DNA from: an uncultured Actinomycetota bacterium | Lineage (GTDB): Bacteria; Actinomycetota; Thermoleophilia; RBG-16-64-13 | Length of the DNA: 64,000 bases | Direction: 5' to 3' | Assembly (NCBI GenBank): GCA_963822135.1 | Contig: CAWGGI010000010.1 | Location: 385,674 to 449,673 of the forward strand | Part shown: piece after piece, positions 38,028 through 48,420 of the stretch | Layout of the letters: each line of letters opens with the position of its first letter | How positions within the stretch are numbered: position 1 is the stretch's first letter | Notes under the pieces: model-generated | The model's database searches: none | Told to the model about the DNA's origin: nothing | Seen by the model: the letters and a program-made list of their open reading frames with translations, nothing else | Program-made: the position numbers and the translations under genes

Positions 38028-40670
38028 CTACCTTTCCTCGATCCAGGCGTCGAAGCGCAGGCCGGCACCTGGGTCGTATTCCCGGGCGAAGGCCTCGGGG
38101 TAGTCCCTACGCCACTCTTCCCATTCCTCGTTCTTGACTTTCTGCACGTCGACCAGATAGCCGCTGGTGGCCTGGCCGCAGCAGTTCTTGGAGGTGAGTC
38201 CGTTCGGGGCGATGGTGTTGATCGCCCCGCCGCGGTCGACCTTGCCGGGAACCAGCGGGTCGTGCCGGGAACCGTGGTCGACGTACACCACTCCCGGCCG
38301 GATGCGCTCCCAGACCCGGGCGCCCACGAGCACGATGCCACGCTCGTTGAACACTTTGACGACGTCGCCGTGCTTGATGCCGCGTGCCGCCGCGTCGATG
38401 GGGTTGATCCAGATGGGCTCATACTTGTACCCGTCGAAACCGAGCACCTTGCCGGTCGGGGTCTCACGCGCCCAGCTGATGTCGTCGCCCTGGGCGTGCG
38501 TGCGCCAGCGCGGGTGGTTTGACACGATGAGCAGCGGGAACATCCCTGCCCGCTCGCTCGATAGAGCTTCGTCGTGAGTGACGCCCTTCTCCACCCACTT
38601 CGGGATCGGCGGCCGCTCGTGGTCGTCGGGGAAGTGCTGATGTAGGCGCTCCGAGTAGAACTCCAGCAGGCCGCTGGGGGTCTTGAGCGGGTTGGTCTTG
38701 GGGTCGTCGTAGAAGAGGCGGAACCCGGGCGGGTCGTCTTCCCAGTCGGTGGCCGTCTTGTAGACGTAGGTCTTCTTCTCGTAGAAGTCTTCCCAGCTGG
38801 TCAGCTTGTCCATCTTCATGGCGTCGAAGACGATCTTCTGCAGGTCCCTGGTGGACATGCCCCCGGTGAACTCGTCGCCGTAGCCCAGCTTCTCGGCGAT
38901 GGCGGCGACGATCTCATAGTCGCTCTTGGATTCGCCGATGGGCTTGATGGACTGCTCCTGGATGGACACGCTCGCGAAGTGCGGGCCCTGGCGGACCGTC
39001 GTCACGATGTCCTCCACCTCGAGGGTGGTGTTCGCCGGGAGGATGATGTCGGCGTAGAGACAGTCGTTCTCGAGCCACGGGTGCTGGGCCACGACGCACT
39101 CGATGCTGTCGTGCTTCATCGCCTCGATGGTCCAGTTGCCGTGGTTCCAACAGGTGATCCGGCACGGGGTGTCGGTCCAGATCATGTGGATGGGCACGCC
39201 GCCCTTGTCCTTGGCGATGGGGTACGTGTAACGGTCGAACTGCTCCTCGGTCTGGCACTCCTGACCGCCACTGCCGTGGAAGACCAGCGGGGGCTTGAGG
39301 ATGGCGTCCTGGATGAGCGTCTTGGGGATGAGCTGCGGTCCCCACGCATGGACCGTGGTCCAGCAAGGCTTGGTGAGGCGTTCGGGGAGCTCGGGGTTGA
39401 AGAAGCGGACGCTTCCCAGGCCCTCGGCCCTCGGCATGCCGAAATAGGTCATCTGGCACTGGTGGACGCCTGGGCCGCCCAGGCCCTGCATCCCCAGCAT
39501 GACGCATTCGAGCCGGCCAGGCTCGTGCGAGTACGGGCCCCGGAAGGCCGAGCCGCCGAAGTAGTGGACGATCGAGGTGGTGTTCTTGGCGAACTGGCGG
39601 GCGAGAGCCTTGATGGTCCACTCAGGCACGCCGCATTTCTTGGAAGCCCACTCCGGCGTCTTGGGGATGCCTTCTTCGTCCTCGCCCAGGACATAGGCTG
39701 CCACCTTGTCCATGCCCACTGCGTGGGTGGCGACGTACTCCTTGTCCCAGGTGCCCTCTTTCAGCCATACATAGATGACAGCGAGCTGGAGGGCGGCGTC
39801 GGTGTTGGGCAGTACCGGGATCCACTTGTCGGCGTGGACGGCGGCCGCGTAGTTCAGGTCCGGGCAGATGTAGACCTGCTTGATGCCCGCCCGCGTCCAG
39901 AACTGCGAGATGCGGCTGGCGTATTGGCCGGTGAAGCCCCACGGGGTGGTCTCCTCGTCGCAGCCCCACTTGAGCACCATGTCGGCGTGCTCGGAGATGT
40001 CTTTGATGAGGTTGGCCGCCGGCGACATCATGCCCTGGAAGCCCTGGCCCCATACATGCTTGGCGCCCCAATACCAGCCTTCCCAGCTATCGGGGTTACG
40101 GACCTGCTGGGTGAAACCGCCCATCATGTCCAGCAGGCGGGCCTGATGGCCATGCGGCGTATGGATGGTCTTGTTCTCGCCGTGACCGTCCCCCTGCGCC
40201 AGGATGGCGAGGGGACCGTATTCTTTGTGGATACGGGTGATCTCGGTGGCGATGATGTCGGTGGCCTCGTCCCAGGAGATGCGCACATACTTGCTCTTGC
40301 CCCGGTTCTGGGGGTTGCGCTCGCCATTGGGATCCCAGTCCACGCGCTTCATGGGGAACTTGATCCGGTTGGGCGACAACGTCCGCTTCTTGTAGGCCAG
40401 GGAGAACGGCGCCGGTAGCGCCTTGGGCAGCGGATGCAGCTCCTCGCCGTTGCGCTTGATGGTCCACGGTCGGAGCGACTGAAAGTCGTACTTCCAGTCG
40501 TACTTGTAGGGCCTGATCCTGACGGCCTTGCCGTCCTTGACGTCGACGAAACACTCGCCGCCTCCGCCGAGCAGGCCCCCCATGGCCAGGTTCTTTATGG
40601 TCACATTGTCGACGCTTACGTCGACCTTCTTGCGCTTCTCGTCCGCCATATCGATCGTCGTCCTTTCCAT
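38028..40670 (-). CDS. pyrogallol-hydroxytransferase-like large (alpha, bis-MGD) subunit, divergent member (pair 1)
   Basis: Intact; Met at 40670 preferred. No N-terminal Cys cluster and no Tat signal. KFPMKRVDWDPNGERNPQNRGKSKYVRISWDEA, NPDSWEGWYWG, and C-terminal YPLLIVSNHPRWRTH, GGAINTI. Confidence 0.75.
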   Translation of the reverse strand: MERTTIDMADEKRKKVDVSVDNVTIKNLAMGGLLGGGGECFVDVKDGKAVRIRPYKYDWKYDFQSLRPWTIKRNGEELHPLPKALPAPFSLAYKKRTLSPNRIKFPMKRVDWDPNGERNPQNRGKSKYVRISWDEATDIIATEITRIHKEYGPLAILAQGDGHGENKTIHTPHGHQARLLDMMGGFTQQVRNPDSWEGWYWGAKHVWGQGFQGMMSPAANLIKDISEHADMVLKWGCDEETTPWGFTGQYASRISQFWTRAGIKQVYICPDLNYAAAVHADKWIPVLPNTDAALQLAVIYVWLKEGTWDKEYVATHAVGMDKVAAYVLGEDEEGIPKTPEWASKKCGVPEWTIKALARQFAKNTTSIVHYFGGSAFRGPYSHEPGRLECVMLGMQGLGGPGVHQCQMTYFGMPRAEGLGSVRFFNPELPERLTKPCWTTVHAWGPQLIPKTLIQDAILKPPLVFHGSGGQECQTEEQFDRYTYPIAKDKGGVPIHMIWTDTPCRITCWNHGNWTIEAMKHDSIECVVAQHPWLENDCLYADIILPANTTLEVEDIVTTVRQGPHFASVSIQEQSIKPIGESKSDYEIVAAIAEKLGYGDEFTGGMSTRDLQKIVFDAMKMDKLTSWEDFYEKKTYVYKTATDWEDDPPGFRLFYDDPKTNPLKTPSGLLEFYSERLHQHFPDDHERPPIPKWVEKGVTHDEALSSERAGMFPLLIVSNHPRWRTHAQGDDISWARETPTGKVLGFDGYKYEPIWINPIDAAARGIKHGDVVKVFNERGIVLVGARVWERIRPGVVYVDHGSRHDPLVPGKVDRGGAINTIAPNGLTSKNCCGQATSGYLVDVQKVKNEEWEEWRRDYPEAFAREYDPGAGLRFDAWIEER

Positions 40671-40794
40671 GCGTTTGCCCGACCGACTGTCACTTCTCGT
40701 GAATGGAGCCCACTCCCATTGTGTGAAGCCATCCCCCCTTTGTCTGGTGTCACTATCCGGCAGTCGTATGGGGACCCGCGTTCCCCCTGGTCCG

Positions 40795-41592
40795 CTAGGG
40801 TTTGCCTGGATTCCAGCCCAGATACGCCGAGAACGACGCAGCCGCCCTCGTGACGGCGTCTGCACAGACCAGGCGTTCCGCCGGGCCGAAGCGTCCGGTG
40901 GGCACTACCACGGAGATGGCCGCGGCTATGGCTCCCAATTGGTCGCGCACCGGCGCACCCACGGCACAGGTGCCCAGGTAGATGCCCTCGATGTCGTACG
41001 CGACACCCTCCCGAGCCACCGTCTCCAACTCGGCGGCCAGCGCGGTCCTGTCGGTCACCGAGTACGGGGTGTGTTTGATATGGAGCTGGTCCAGCAGGGC
41101 CTCCCGCTCCTCGGGCGGCCGGAAAGCCGCGAAGAGCTTTCCGTGGACCGAGACCAGGTCGCCCAGGATCCGTCCCGGCGCCGTGCGACGCTTGAACGGC
41201 CGATTGGTGTTGATGATGTCCACACACACCGGGAAGCCGTCGATCTCCACCGCCAGAGTGACCGATTCTCCTGTCTCTTTGGTGAGAGCCTCGAGGAAGG
41301 GTCGCGCCGCTTCGACGAGGGCCGAGTGGTCTTCGGAGACATACGTCATTGCGAGAGTCGCCGGTCCGAGTCGGTAGCGGCTGGTGCCGGGATCGCGCAC
41401 GAGAAAGGCCATGGACTCGAGGGTGCGCACCATGCGGTAGGCTGTCATCCGCAGGAGGCCGGTCTGCTCGGCCATCTCGTCGATGGTCCACTCCCGATGG
41501 TCCACGTCGAACAGCCCGAGGATGGACAGCCCCCGTGCGAGCGCTCTCACTGAAAACGGGTCGGTTTCCCGGGATTCCTTCGTCGCTGCCAT
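40795..41592 (-). CDS. IclR-family transcriptional regulator (IclR-2), paralogue of 22716..23537
   Basis: VRALARGLSILGLF..WTIDEMAEQTGLLRMTAYRMVRTLE... More than half the positions are identical to IclR-1 by eye, including the HTH. Confidence 0.85.
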   Translation of the reverse strand: MAATKESRETDPFSVRALARGLSILGLFDVDHREWTIDEMAEQTGLLRMTAYRMVRTLESMAFLVRDPGTSRYRLGPATLAMTYVSEDHSALVEAARPFLEALTKETGESVTLAVEIDGFPVCVDIINTNRPFKRRTAPGRILGDLVSVHGKLFAAFRPPEEREALLDQLHIKHTPYSVTDRTALAAELETVAREGVAYDIEGIYLGTCAVGAPVRDQLGAIAAAISVVVPTGRFGPAERLVCADAVTRAAASFSAYLGWNPGKP

Positions 41593-41682
41593 GCGCCCCC
41601 AGTCGGCGTCGCGTGTTGCCTAGCCCCCCGTGCCTTGCAAATCGCCATAGGCTACCCTACGATACTAGCAATATTATTCAAC

Positions 41683-41694
41683 AATATCGAGATA
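41683..41694. promoter_or_regulatory. 12-nt motif shared with 23690..23701, inside an AT-rich island (about 41661-41700)
   Basis: AATATCGAGATA, followed by TCGTAT. The surrounding GATACTAGCAATATTATTCAACAATATCGAGATATCGTATT is strikingly AT-rich for this genome. Confidence 0.4.
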
Positions 41695-41746
41695 TCGTAT
41701 TGGAGCAGGCCGGTAACAACCTTCGATTTCCGGAGGACGATGATTG

Positions 41747-44298
41747 ATGGCTGAAAAAGTGTTCGCGAACTGCACGAACAGCGGTCCCGTCTCAGTCTAC
41801 GTCAAAGACGGGAAGATCGTGAGGGTCCGCCCTCTGGTCGTGGCCGACGGCGACATGAAGCCCTGGACCATCGAGGCGGGGGGCAAGAAGTACTCCCCCT
41901 GGAAGAAGTGCACCCTCTCGCCCTACATCCACGCCGAACGCCGGCGCATCTACTCCGACGAGCGTATCAAGTACCCGATGAAACGGGTCGACTTCGATCC
42001 GGCCGGCGCTCCCGGCTCCACCGGCCCGGGCGGGCGTAATGCTCAGAACCGGGGCAAGTCGCGTTACGAGCGCATATCCTGGGATGAAGCCTCCGACCTT
42101 GTGGCCGCAGAACTCACGCGGGTCAAGGACACTTACGGCGGCTCGGCCATCAGCGGGATAACTTCGTCACATCACAACTGGGGCATCGTGGGCTACAAGA
42201 TGGGTCCCTTCGCCCGCTTCATGAACATGATGGAGTTCACCCCGGTCCTCGACAACCCGGACAGCTGGGAAGGTTGGCACTGGGGCGCGTCGCACACCTA
42301 CGGCTTCTTCTGGCGCCTGGGCATGCCCGAGCCCTACGACATGCTGGGCGACGCTCTCCAGAACGCCGAGATGATCGTGTACTGGTCCAACGACCCCGAC
42401 AGCACGCGGGGCACCTACTCCGGCCAGGATTCGGCTCTCTGGCGGCAGTGGCTCAAGGAGAAGGGCGTCAAGATGGTCTTCATCGACCCCTTCTACAACT
42501 ACACCAACGCGGTCATGGGCGGCAAATGGATCGCCCCGCGCATGGGCACCGACACGGCCATCGCCATGGCCATCGCTTTCGTCTGGATCACCGAAGACAC
42601 ATATAACAAGGACTACGTCGCCAACCGCACCATCGGCTTCGAGAAGTTCAAGCCCTACGTTCTGGGCGAGACCGACGGCGTGCCCAAGACTCCGGAGTGG
42701 GCCGAGGCCGAGTCCGGAGTCGACGCCCGCACCATCCGCACGCTGGCCCGGGAGTGGGCGGCCAAGCGGACAGTGCTGTCGGGCGGCTCTCGCGGGGGAG
42801 AAGGCGGCGCCTGCCGCACCGCGTACGGCACCGAATGGGCCCGCATGATGGTGCTGCTGCAGGCCATGCAGGGGTTGGGTGCTCCCGGCCGCAGTATCTG
42901 GGGCACCACGATGGGCGCTCCCATGGACTGCGCTCCCTGGGTTCCCCAGCTACGGCGAGCCCGAAGGGCGCATCTCCATGGCCACGAGAGTCGCAAAATA
43001 CATCCCCCAGAACCCCACCAAGCAGCGCCTGTGGCGGCTGACGGTCCCCGAGGCCATCCTCAACGGCCACGACGAGTGGTACGGCGACGGCTTCTGCGGC
43101 AAGTCGCTCGAACAGCAGTTCCTGCACTACGTCTATCCGGCGGAGGGCTGTTCCGAGATCAAGCTCTGGTACCGGTACGGCGGCTCGTTCATCGGCACCA
43201 TGAGCGAGACCAACAACTGGGTGCGGATGTACCAGAGCCCCAAACTGGAGTTCGTCGTCAACCAGGACATCTGGTGGCAGAGCGAGACCCGCATGGCCGA
43301 CGTCATCCTGCCGGCCTGCACCAACTTCGAACGCGACGACCTGGGGGAATGGGCGGCCATCAACGGCTATACGGTGCACGCCTCGAGCGGCTGCAACTAC
43401 CGCGTGGTCGTGCGTGAGCAGAAGTGCATCGAGCCCCTGTGGGAGTCCAAGTCCGACTACGAGATCTTCGCCCTCATCGCCCAGAAGATGGGCCTGCGCG
43501 ACGAGTACACCGACGGCGGCAAGACCGACGTCGACTGGGTCAAGGGCTTCTTCGACATCTCCGACCTGCCCAAGATGACCACCTGGGAGGAGTTCAACGA
43601 GAAGGGCTACCAGATCATCAACACCGGAGAAGACTACAAGCCCACGCCGGCGTCTGCGCTGGTTCTACGAAGGCCGGCCGTGCGACACGCCCGACCTGGG
43701 TAACCCCAAACGCCTCACCGAGCGGCGGGGCGAGCTGGGCACCTTCAGCGGCAAGATCGAGTTCGAATCGGTGAGCCTCAAGCAGTACTTCCCCGATGAC
43801 GACGAGCGACCCGTGGTGCCGCGCTACATCCCCAGCTGGGAGGGGCATCACACCACGGAGCTCTTCGAGAAGTACCCGCTGGCGCTGATGTCACCGCATC
43901 CGCGCATGTCGTTCCACTGCCACTACGACAAACACACCGACTGGCTCAACGACATCCCCGTGCATCGCATCAAGAAGGACGGCTATCCGTGGTGGCCGGC
44001 CCGTCTCAGCCCCGAGGACGCGACCAAGCGGGGCATCAACAACAACGATATCGTCCGGCTCTACAACGATCGCGGCTCGGTGCTCTGCATCGCTGTCGTC
44101 ACCCCTCGTGTGCGGCCCGGCGTCATCCATAGCTATGCCTCTTCGGCGCTCTACGATCCACTGCAGCCGGGAGATCCGACGTCCATCGACAAGGGCGGGT
44201 GCGTCAGCATCCTCACCCCGGCCCGGATGATGTCGAAGAACGTCCCCGGCATGACGCCGAATTCCTGCCTCATCGAGATCGAGAAATGGGAGGGCTAG
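41747..44298 (+). CDS. pyrogallol-hydroxytransferase-family large (alpha) subunit (pair 2); frame changes near 42940 and 43650
   Basis: NSGPVSVYVKDGKIVRVRPL, IKYPMKRVDFDP, GITSSHHNWGIVGY, DNPDSWEGWHWG, ILPACTNFERDD, LRWFYEGRPCDTPD, YPLALMSPHPRMSFH, GGCVSILTP, IEIEKWEG. No Cys cluster, no Tat signal. Confidence 0.8.
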
Positions 44299-44302
44299 AG
44301 AC

Positions 44303-45139
44303 ATGGCACGCCTCGGTCTGCTCATAGACGTCACCAAGTGCAGCGGCTGCCATAACTGCTTCCTGGCCTGCCGCGACGAGTACTACGACAACGACTACAG
44401 CCCCTACTCGGCTCCCCAGCCGCTCGACGGCCAGTTCTGGATGCAGGTCAAGGAGATCGAGCGAGGCACCTATCCCAAGCCCAAGCTCGACTACATCCCT
44501 CTGCCGTGCCTGCACTGCGAGGACGCGCCCTGCATCGACGTGGCGGCCGACAACGCCGTCTATCGCCGCGCGGACGGCTTTGTGATCATCGACCCGGTCA
44601 AGGCCAAAGACCAGAAGGCCATCGTCAACGCCTGTCCGTATCGGGTGGTGTTCTGGAACAAGGAGCTCGAGATCCCGCAGAAGTGCACCATGTGCGCTCA
44701 CCGGCTCGACGAGGGCGAAAAGCAGCCGCGCTGCGTGGAGGCGTGTCCCACCGGCGCTCTGGCCTTCGGCGACCTGGATGATGCTGCCAGCGAGATATCG
44801 CGGCTGGTGGCGGCGAAAAACATCGAGGCCTACCATCCCGAATTCGGCACCAAGCCCACGGTGATGTACGTGGGCATCCCCAAACGTTTCGTGGCGGGCG
44901 AAGTGGTCCGCGACGATGTGCGGGGCGAATGTGCCGAGGGCGTGTCGATCACCCTCGATGGCGGGGGCGTCAAGCTGGAGACCAAGACCGACAGCTACGG
45001 CGACTTCGAGTTCGAAGGCCTGGAGAAGAACACTGCGTACACCGTGAAGGTGCAGCTTGCAGGCTACGCGCCGCGGGTGTTCGAGCTCACGACGCATACC
45101 GATGTCAATCTGGGTGAGATAGTTCTACAGCGGGCGTGA
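44303..45139 (+). CDS. pyrogallol-hydroxytransferase-type small (beta, FeS) subunit with a C-terminal beta-sandwich domain (pair 2)
   Basis: Intact 278 aa. CSGCHNCFLAC, CLHCEDAPC, ..ACPYRV.., CTMC..CVEACP. C-terminal domain (44888-45139) TDSYGDFEFEGL..YTVKV. Confidence 0.8.
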   Translation: MARLGLLIDVTKCSGCHNCFLACRDEYYDNDYSPYSAPQPLDGQFWMQVKEIERGTYPKPKLDYIPLPCLHCEDAPCIDVAADNAVYRRADGFVIIDPVKAKDQKAIVNACPYRVVFWNKELEIPQKCTMCAHRLDEGEKQPRCVEACPTGALAFGDLDDAASEISRLVAAKNIEAYHPEFGTKPTVMYVGIPKRFVAGEVVRDDVRGECAEGVSITLDGGGVKLETKTDSYGDFEFEGLEKNTAYTVKVQLAGYAPRVFELTTHTDVNLGEIVLQRA

Positions 45140-45158
45140 GCCGCCCCGTGGGGCTGAT

Positions 45159-46353
45159 GTGAACGAAGTCGTCATCGTCAGCGCGGTCCGGACGGCCGGC
45201 GGCAGGATCGGCGGCGGTCTGAGAGACGTGCAGCCGGAGGAGCTCGCCCGAGTCGTCATCGAGGCGGCCATCCGGCGGGCCGGCGTGGAGCCGGAGGCGA
45301 TCGACGAAGTGATCATGGGGCAGGCCAAGCAGAGCGCCGATGCGGCCAACCTGGCGCGTGTCGCCGCGCTTCGAGCGGGCCTGCCTGTGGAAGTGCCTGC
45401 CTACACGGTGATGCGCCAGTGCGGCTCGGGTCTGCAGGCGGTCAACAACGGGGCCCAAGCCATAATGACCGGTTTGGCCGACATCGTCGTGGCCGGCGGC
45501 ACAGAGAGCATGAGCAACGCTCCCTATTATTTGAGGGGAGCGCGATTCGGATATCGGTCGGGCAACGCCCTCTTGGTCGATTCCAACACCGAGAGCCAAC
45601 CCCGGTCTCAGCCGTACGAGATCTACGGGAACCTCACCATGGGCCTGACCGCCGAGAACGTGGCTGCCGACGTACGGCATCACCAGGCAGGAACAGGATC
45701 GGTTCGCTCTGGCCAGTCAGGAGAAGGCCCTGGCTGCGATCGCGGCGGGAAGGTTCGCCGACGAGATCGTCCCGGTGGAGGTGCCCCAGCAGAAGGGTCC
45801 TCCGCTGACCTTCGCCATCGACGAGCACCCGCGGGAGACCAGCCTGGAACGGTTGGCCGAGTTGCCCGCCATCTTCAAGGAGGGCGGCACGGTCACAGCC
45901 GGCAACTCCTCCGGACGCAACGACGGCGCCGCCTGTCTGGTCCTCATGTCCGCGGGCGAGGCGCGCAGGCGCGGCCTCGCCCCGCTCGCCGTCATCCGTG
46001 GCCAGGCGGTGGCAGGGGTCCCTCCCGAGATCATGGGCATCGGTCCGGTGCCGGCCAGCCGCAAAGCGCTGGCCGCGGCGGGCTTGACGCTCGCCGAGGT
46101 GGAGCTGATCGAACTGAACGAGGCCTTCGCGGCCCAAAGTCTCGCGGTGATCAAGGAGCTCGGCCTCGACGAGTCGCGGGTGAACGTGAACGGCGGGGCC
46201 ATCGCGCTGGGGCATCCCCTGGGGTGTTCGGGCGCGCGTATCCTCACCACGTTGCTCCACGAGATGAAGAGGCGGGGTACCCGCTACGGCCTGGCTACGC
46301 TCTGCATCGCCGGAGGGCAGGGGATCGCCACCGTGGTCGAGGCGGCCGGCTAA
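45159..46353 (+). CDS. acetyl-CoA C-acetyltransferase (thiolase II); frame change near 45670
   Basis: [22 protein letters not shown] (active-site Cys), [30 protein letters not shown]. Confidence 0.85.
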
Positions 46354-46360
46354 GGTCGGG

Positions 46361-47513
46361 ATGAAGACGCACGAATACCAGGCGCGCGAGGTTCTCGAGG
46401 GATACGGGATCCCGTTCCCGCCCGCGTCCGTCGCGGAATCCCCCGAAGAGGCGGAGACCGCGGCTCGGACATTGGGCGGCTCGGTGGTGGTGAAGGCCCA
46501 GGTGCTGGTCGGCGGCCGGGGCAAGGCCGGGGGGGTCAAGCGGGCCGCGTCTGCCGAAGAAGCCGGGCGCGTCACCGGCGAGGTCCTCGGAATATCGGTG
46601 CGCGGGGTCCCGGTCCACAAGGTCCTGGTGGCCCAGGCCGTCCCGGTGATCCGGGAATACTACCTGGGGGCCGTCCTCGACCGCTCGGCCAGGCGGATCA
46701 CTCTGATGGCCAGCGCCATGGGCGGGGTAGACATCGAAGAGGTCGCCAGGACCACGCCCGACGCCATCGTTCGGGTGCTGGGCTGATCCCCTTCTCGGGC
46801 TCGCCGACTACCAGACGAGAGACCTGGCCCGCGCTCTGGGACTCACGGGCGAGCAGGCCAGGGCATTTCGGACCATCGCGGGAGCGCTGTATCGCGCGTT
46901 CGTCGAGTGCGATTGCTCGTTGCTCGAAGTCAATCCGCTGGCGCTCACCGAAGCGGGCGGGTTCGTGGCCCTCGACTCCAAGATGATCATCGACGACAAC
47001 TCCCTGTCCCGCCGGCCGGAATTGGCGGCGATGCGGAATCCGGAAGAGGAGGAGCCGGCTGAGGCCGAAGCCCGCCACGTGGGGGTGAGCTACATCGAAC
47101 TCGAGGGCAACGTGGGGTGTCTCGTCAACGGAGCCGGTCTGGCCATGGCGACCATGGACGTGATCAAGCTGTACGGAGGCGAGCCCGCCAACTTCCTCGA
47201 CATAGGCGGCGGAGCCCACATCGACCAGGTCCGCGCTGCCCTCCGCATCCTGCTGCACGATCCCTACGTGCGGTCGGTGCTCGTAAACATATTCGGCGGT
47301 ATCACCCGCTGTGACGTGGTCGCGCAGGCGGTGGTCGACGCCGTCGATGCCGGAGAGGTGCACGTGCCGGTGGTAGCCCGACTGGTGGGGACGAATGCGG
47401 CCGAGGGACGGCAGATCCTTGCGGGCAGGAGCGTGACGTTGGCGGAGAGCATGACCGAGGCTGCCCAGAAGGCGGTGTCCCTGGCCACCGGCGAGGGGAG
47501 GGGAGAGGCGTGA
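46361..47513 (+). CDS. sucC: succinyl-CoA synthetase (ADP-forming) beta subunit; frame change near 46780
   Basis: [71 protein letters not shown]. Confidence 0.85.
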
Positions 47514-48388
47514 GTATCCTCGTCGGCGCCGATACCGCCGTCATGGTCCAGAACATCACCGGCGAAGAAGGTCGCTTCCACACCCGGCAGATGCTGGAAT
47601 ACGGCACCAGGGTCGTCGCCGGCACGGCTCCCGGACACGGCGGCCAGCATGTAGAAGGAGTGCCGGTGTTCGAGTCGGTCCGCGATGCGGTGGAGGCAAC
47701 GGGCGCCAATGCCACGGTCAGCTTCGTGCCCGCGCGCTTCGCGGGGGACGCCATCGTCGAGGCTGCCGACAACCTGATTCCTCTCATCGTCTGCATCACC
47801 GAGTGGATCCCGGTGCTCGACATGGTGAAGATCGCCGCGCACGTGCGCTCCAAAGGCTGCAGGTTGGTCGGCCCCAACTGCCCCGGCATCATGACTCCGG
47901 GTTGCTGCAAGATGGGTATCCTGCCCGGCAATATCTTCCTGCCCGGCCCGGTAGGCCTGGTATCCCGGAGCGGCACCCTCACCTACGAGATCGCCTGGGC
48001 CCTCACCAGTCTGGGAGTCGGACAATCGACCTGTGTGGGCATCGGAGGCGACCCCATCATCGGCTCTTCGTTCATGGACATGCTGGCCCTCTTCGAGGAC
48101 GATCCGGCCACGAAGGTCATCGGCCTGATCGGCGAGATCGGGGGAACCGACGAGGAAGAGGCTGCCGCATTCATCGCCTCGCGGGTGACGAAGCCGGTGG
48201 TGGCTTTCATCGCTGGCAAGACGGCTCCGCCCGACCGGCGCATGGGCCACGCGGGCGCCATCGTCTCCTCGGGTAGGGGGACCGCCGCCGAGAAGATCGC
48301 CGCGCTGGAGGAGGCGGGTGTGGCGGTGGCCAGCAGCACCGATGAGGCTGCGCGGGTGATAGCCGGACTGGTGGCGAGTCGCGACTAG
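47510..48388 (+). CDS. sucD: succinyl-CoA synthetase alpha subunit
   Basis: Intact, 4-nt overlap with suc[44 protein letters not shown] (phosphohistidine loop). Confidence 0.9.
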   Translation: MSILVGADTAVMVQNITGEEGRFHTRQMLEYGTRVVAGTAPGHGGQHVEGVPVFESVRDAVEATGANATVSFVPARFAGDAIVEAADNLIPLIVCITEWIPVLDMVKIAAHVRSKGCRLVGPNCPGIMTPGCCKMGILPGNIFLPGPVGLVSRSGTLTYEIAWALTSLGVGQSTCVGIGGDPIIGSSFMDMLALFEDDPATKVIGLIGEIGGTDEEEAAAFIASRVTKPVVAFIAGKTAPPDRRMGHAGAIVSSGRGTAAEKIAALEEAGVAVASSTDEAARVIAGLVASRD

Positions 48389-48420
48389 AGGTCGCCTCGC
48401 GGCGGCGGGTCGTCTGCTTC

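Noticed and set aside
36275-38137. 620-aa ORF that looks like a large protein.
   Set aside because: It is chimeric. Roughly the first 220 codons are genuine LivK-family SBP sequence. The remainder is read-through, after a frame change, across the palindrome and the antisense strand of the beta-subunit gene.
40671-40794. ATAGTGACACCA (minus-strand reading, about 40751-40762) resembling the left half of the GntR palindrome ATAGTGATACCA.
   Set aside because: Only one half-site matches and there is no inverted partner, so this could easily be chance.
40671-40865. Extended N-terminus of the pair-1 large subunit (MQTPSRGRLRRSRRIW..) as a possible Tat signal.
   Set aside because: The basic stretch is not followed by a hydrophobic h-region or an AxA site. 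Homology starts only after Met 40670, and the extension overlaps the IclR-2 3' end region.
25561-44298. Selenocysteine (in-frame TGA) in the three Mo/W catalytic subunits.
   Set aside because: 25561..27786 and 38028..40670 are uninterrupted ORFs. The two breaks in 41747..44298 are frame changes, not in-frame TGA codons.
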